From positions 682,001 to 746,000 of the forward strand of contig JAUFOQ010000003.1 of the NCBI GenBank assembly GCA_040285855.1: a DNA stretch of 64,000 nucleotides, written 5' to 3'. Made by a program: the position numbers and the translations under genes. Origin of the DNA: Eukaryota sp. GEM-RC1. Its lineage: Eukaryota. Shown here in pieces: positions 59,602 to 64,000 of the stretch (within the stretch, counting starts at the first letter, position 1; each line of letters opens with the position of its first letter). The notes under the pieces are model-generated. The model was not told where the DNA came from and searched no databases. It was given only the letters and a program-made list of their open reading frames with translations.

Positions 59602-61096
59602 TTGTTCTTATGATCTGTAAATAAACTACGAAAATAAACTATAAGTCTACTACATGTACTAGTAGTCTACGAGTATAGGGCTCGACAAAGCCATGCCCAC
59701 TCATAGGAGGTTGTCGGAGATTACGTTGTTGCGCTGATATCTGCACAGTTGAATTGTAGACAGTATAGTGGGAGATGAGGCAAGTGTTTTTGAATCAGTA
59801 GAAGTCATAACATAATTATATGAATTAGAATTTCCTGGACACATACAACTTCATACTACAATTGTACGTACTTTTGCTGAAGAAACATTGTATCTGGTAC
59901 TCAATCAGTATTTTTGTCACATGAATCAGCATTAACTCTGCAAATAAATAGAATGAATAAGACTAAATACTGATCACTAAATACTGATTCTAACAATACC
60001 AAAAAAATACAATTAAGGGCTTTGTAATACTATAAATACAGATCCAAAAAAACACATAATACATGTTATCTGTATTTCCCATCTATGTTATAGATTGTAT
60101 ATAATTTCTTTGTATTTTATTTAGACTCTGGGTAAATCACCACATTATGCACCACATATTCTTTTTTTCTCTAAAATGCACCACAAAATAGAACTTGAAT
60201 CATACAACTAAATTTTGATTTTGTAGCAGCAAACAGCACACATAGTGATGAAGCATCATATAAATTGAATATCTGAACAATCAAATCACAAAAGTTGTGA
60301 TTTGCAACTATAATTAAAACTTCATTTGTTTACAATAACAAATGCAGATTACCATCATTAATAACAATGATTTTTGTCATAGTACGAAAAACACCAGGCG
60401 TGCTAGAACATGCTGTTGACTGTGAACGTGTTCTGAACGTGTTGTATTTTTCGAAGGGGTAGTTGCGGTGTTTTTGGTGGTTGATTGTTTCCAGCTGTTG
60501 TCTGAAAAAAGTCACAAATATACGAAATCTAGTATTCAATGGTCTTTATTTACTTTTAGAGTTTATTTGCAACAATAAATCAATACATACTAAATCAGAA
60601 AGAGAAAGAAGTTAATCCACAACAATACGAGAATTATTCCTACACAACCTCGACAAAATGAAACCTAAATACTTGGGAATACTTCTATACAGAGCAAACA
60701 TCATTCGGTTAATCCAAACAGAACTGTATTTACTTGTTGATTGCTTGTTGTGTGTTTTTCTCCACACATAAATCGGTTTTTTTCCCGAAATCTTTACTGC
60801 ATAAAAGGTAATGATATCAAATAGGAACTCTTTGGAGTCGGAATTGATAGTTATTGATTGAACGTGAAAACAAGTTATACACGAGAGTAGTTAGCGTTTC
60901 AAGACAATTGAAGTGGATAACTACATTAAAGGTAAGATTGACATTGATAATATACTGATCATGAGAAAAGTCAACCTGATGTGAATGCAATTGTTGTTTC
61001 TGTTACAGTGATCTAGATATTCCAAATAAATGCATGAAACATTTAGTAATTTATCTCCATAAATTTCTGAATCTTTATCAAGTCCAAGCAATACAA

Positions 61097-62218
61097 ATGC
61101 TCTCTGCAGCTCCTCGACCCCCGTCAAAACCTAAACGTAGACCCAAATCCTCTGAACGTACGCTTACTCCACTTCATTCTATCTTTCATTCACATAATCT
61201 ACATCGACCTAAAACCTCTGCTGTCACTTCATTCACCTTTGCAGAACGACAATTCATTAGCCGTATCTTAGTCCCTCATTACACTCTCAAGAATCCTCTA
61301 AATTCTCTTCCTAAGTCTCTCCCACTAACAACCAAATTCTCCTTAACTCCTATAGAAGAACGCTGTTCTGCTATTGAACTCCTCATTGACTGTCTCTATT
61401 CCCAATCGCTTTTGTCTCCTTCAAATCGCCACCATATTCTCAGTACAAGATCCATTTCTAATCTACAAGTGAGATTTCTCCTCAATTGCCAAATATATTC
61501 TCATCTTCAATCACAATGTGATCGCATTCACGATCTGATTCAGTTACTTTTAGTTTTCTGTCACTATTTAAATTTGAACAAAAAAACACGTAACTTTTCC
61601 ACTGGAATTCCCCTTAATAATGAGTTACAGATACTGGTCGTCGCTCTATCAACTCTTCTGCAACGAATCAAATCATTCTTCAAAGATGATTCCTTTCATA
61701 TTCCAATTCTTTCTTTATTCGATGATGATGACGATCAATATTTACCAACCATCAGACCTTTCATTAAAGTGAGTGGATCCACGTCAGCTGAGCAATCAAT
61801 TGTTGCTCTAATTGATCAGTTAGAAATGAAACTTCCGCGGAATCGAGGTGTCTCTCTTAATTTTTTAAATAGTTGCGAATGGTTACGGTCAGAGTCTCAA
61901 AAAGAACAAGTAGTTGAGGAATTCCTTGCCTTCACCATTTCTCCTTTATCTTCATTCGCTCCAAGGCCTAGGTCAGCAACTGCAAAGGTTGTCGCTGAAA
62001 ATGATTGGGATGAGGAATTGGTGGCTGACAAGGGGTTGGGGTTAATCTGGGAGGAAGTATTGGGGAAGGGAAAGAAGTTCAAGTGGGTGTGGATGTGTAT
62101 GAAGTTTGGACTCAAATGTAAATTATATGTATTTGTAAATTATTTAATATTTTTGAAAGATGTGTGGATGACAAAGTCATTATGTATAAGCCACAAGAAC
62201 CTTACTTTGTACCTATAG
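61097..62218 (+). CDS. Hypothetical protein
   Basis: Long ORF with RPKSS/RPKTS/RPRSA motifs; no family recognised. Confidence 0.55.
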   Translation: MLSAAPRPPSKPKRRPKSSERTLTPLHSIFHSHNLHRPKTSAVTSFTFAERQFISRILVPHYTLKNPLNSLPKSLPLTTKFSLTPIEERCSAIELLIDCLYSQSLLSPSNRHHILSTRSISNLQVRFLLNCQIYSHLQSQCDRIHDLIQLLLVFCHYLNLNKKTRNFSTGIPLNNELQILVVALSTLLQRIKSFFKDDSFHIPILSLFDDDDDQYLPTIRPFIKVSGSTSAEQSIVALIDQLEMKLPRNRGVSLNFLNSCEWLRSESQKEQVVEEFLAFTISPLSSFAPRPRSATAKVVAENDWDEELVADKGLGLIWEEVLGKGKKFKWVWMCMKFGLKCKLYVFVNYLIFLKDVWMTKSLCISHKNLTLYL

Positions 62219-62437
62219 AATTCCAGAAAACTTTCAATTATCACTGAATTTTGAAATACTCCGGCTCTAAACTTAACCAAACTTTTCATTTCATTCTGTT
62301 CCAATCAAAGTTCAATCCAATAAATCTCAAAATGATCACGTCATCTTTTCTGCGATTACATGGGTTCACGTATCTAAGTGAAACACAAGAGGAACTAGTG
62401 TAGGAAAATCAGAAATTTAAATTTTCCAAAAACACGT

Positions 62438-63766
62438 CTACTCAAAGAACTTGTGATTCCCTACAACTTCCTTGAATCCCTTTGGAAAGAACCCATCTAA
62501 ACTCCTAGAGCGCTCTTTCTTCTCCCCAAATGCCAACATTGGCACTACATTCCTTAAAAACAAGGGCACGGAACCATTAGGAAACTTCTCCACGGCATCT
62601 TTAGCTTTCTTCAATGCATCATTCACAGCTCTACTCTTACCAGCCTCAGCACAAGAGATAGTAGCATGAGCCAGGGCATATTCACACTCTGGCATTCCGA
62701 TATTCTTACATACCAGCAAAGCAGACGTTGTCAATGAAAGCAATGATGAATCAGTCACTCCAATGTCCTCCGATGCAAATATAACTAACCTTCGTGCAAT
62801 GAAGACAGGATCACAACCCCCTTTGAGCATGACAAAGAGGTAGTACAAAGCAGCATCTGTTTGAGAAGCTCTCATTGACTTAATGAAAGCTGAGATTGAG
62901 TTGTAGTGGTGATCTCCAGACTTGTCGAAGAGATTGAGTGGTGACGTCATTACGTTGAGAACGTCATCTGATTCAATCGTGGATTTGGACTTGCATAGTT
63001 TGCTCGCCGTTTCAATTAGGTTGAGAGCAGTTCTGGCATCACCATCTGCCAGGTTTGCGATTAATGTGACAGTTTCTGAAGAAGGAGGTGTGAAAGAAGA
63101 GTGTCGCGGAAGGCCATCAGGATGAGAAAAGGCCCTGCTTATGATGCAACATAAGGATTCCGATGAAAGTTTGTTGAGTTTGAGAACAATCATTCTGCTA
63201 AGTAAGGCGTTGTTGATGGAGAATGAAGGATTCTCAGTTGTAGCTCCCACTAGAGTGATGAATCCGGTTTCAATGGATAGGAAAACGTCTTGTTGACTCT
63301 TGTTGAAAGCATGAATCTCGTCAACAAAGAGGAGTGTTTTGCGGTTGAATTTGAGGTCGTTTTTGGCCTGAGTGAAGATTGTACGGATCTCCGCGACTTT
63401 GGTATCACGAGCTGATAATGAAACAAATCGGTAAGAGTAATGTTTAGCAACAAGTTTGGCTAGGGTGGTTTTACCTGTGCCAGAGGGCCCATAGAAGAGT
63501 AGAGAAGCCGTGAGATCTGATGACATGAGGTCCTTGAGAACAGTAAGAGAGGTTTGGCCAATAACATCATCTAGAGTTTTTGGTCTAAGTCTTTCAGCTA
63601 GAGGAGGTAGGAAAACGTCTTTTTGTGGGAGTGGTGATGATTGCGGTGACAGAGCATGACGATCGTCATCAGACAAGACCTCGATGATATCATCATCATT
63701 TGAAGGCGGACGTGGTTGTTTTCGTTTAGGAGCAGTAAGAAGAGGTTGTGAATGTCGTTTTGACAT
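62438..63766 (-). CDS. WRNIP1: WRNIP1/Mgs1/RarA family AAA+ ATPase
   Basis: PLAERLRPKTLDDVIGQ, GPSGTGKTT, LFVDEIHAFNKSQQD, GATTENPSF, GDARTALN, HYNSISAFIKSMR, RRLVIFASEDIG, IGMPE. Confidence 0.95.
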   Translation of the reverse strand: MSKRHSQPLLTAPKRKQPRPPSNDDDIIEVLSDDDRHALSPQSSPLPQKDVFLPPLAERLRPKTLDDVIGQTSLTVLKDLMSSDLTASLLFYGPSGTGKTTLAKLVAKHYSYRFVSLSARDTKVAEIRTIFTQAKNDLKFNRKTLLFVDEIHAFNKSQQDVFLSIETGFITLVGATTENPSFSINNALLSRMIVLKLNKLSSESLCCIISRAFSHPDGLPRHSSFTPPSSETVTLIANLADGDARTALNLIETASKLCKSKSTIESDDVLNVMTSPLNLFDKSGDHHYNSISAFIKSMRASQTDAALYYLFVMLKGGCDPVFIARRLVIFASEDIGVTDSSLLSLTTSALLVCKNIGMPECEYALAHATISCAEAGKSRAVNDALKKAKDAVEKFPNGSVPLFLRNVVPMLAFGEKKERSRSLDGFFPKGFKEVVGNHKFFE

Positions 63767-64000
63767 TTACAAATATTTTGTGCAACAAGACTTCTAACCC
63801 CTTTCAAAAGAAACTGCAACTACAATATGATGTGTCTGAAGAAGCTTCCTCTGAAAGTGTAAATTTCTTGCAAAATCCACCTGACATAAATTCAATCAAT
63901 ATTTTGCGTGATTTAATAGTGGTTTAGAGAGAGTCTACAGACTGCTCTTTTGTTAGCAGTTGCATTCAATAAATATAGTTGCAATTATAAAAATGGCTTT

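Noticed and set aside
1..64000. tRNA or rRNA genes
   Set aside because: None recognised by eye; a tRNAscan-SE/Infernal run would be needed to exclude them

Overview
AT-rich, gene-dense eukaryotic (protist-like) DNA in the standard genetic code, with very short GT-AG introns (27-53 nt). Many single-base frameshifts occur, often at homopolymers and even in housekeeping genes, so some are probably assembly errors. Host genes: TM9SF, DH-PH-FYVE RhoGEF, NPHP1-like, SelM/Sep15-like, Ras, RPS26, three LBP/BPI paralogs, LSM12-like, a two-domain WRKY factor, WASP, BTB protein, cyclin, RPB10, a METTL21-like methyltransferase, RING+SUMO-like protein, EFHB-like, an intron-containing bacterial-type ornithine/alanine racemase, an inverted pair of fimbrin genes, a secreted SDR plus SnoaL/KSI-like pair, and WRNIP1/Mgs1. 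Intergenic DNA is full of hAT-type MITEs (8-bp TSDs), TA-flanked MITEs and 5'-truncated RLE-type non-LTR retroelement remnants. The standout is a candidate RNA-guided Fanzor (eukaryotic TnpB) system present twice. Copy 1 (~29.8-35.5 kb, +) has a TATA box and 117-bp tandem repeats, then one reconstructed polyprotein: 2A ribosome-skipping peptide, two Ulp1/C48 protease domains, a PolB-type 3'-5' exonuclease and a Fanzor1 RuvC nuclease, followed by a structured putative omegaRNA. Copy 2 (~45.5-48 kb, -) has a decayed Upf1/DNA2-like SF1 helicase joined to the C-terminal half of the same Fanzor, with a conserved structured 3' end.
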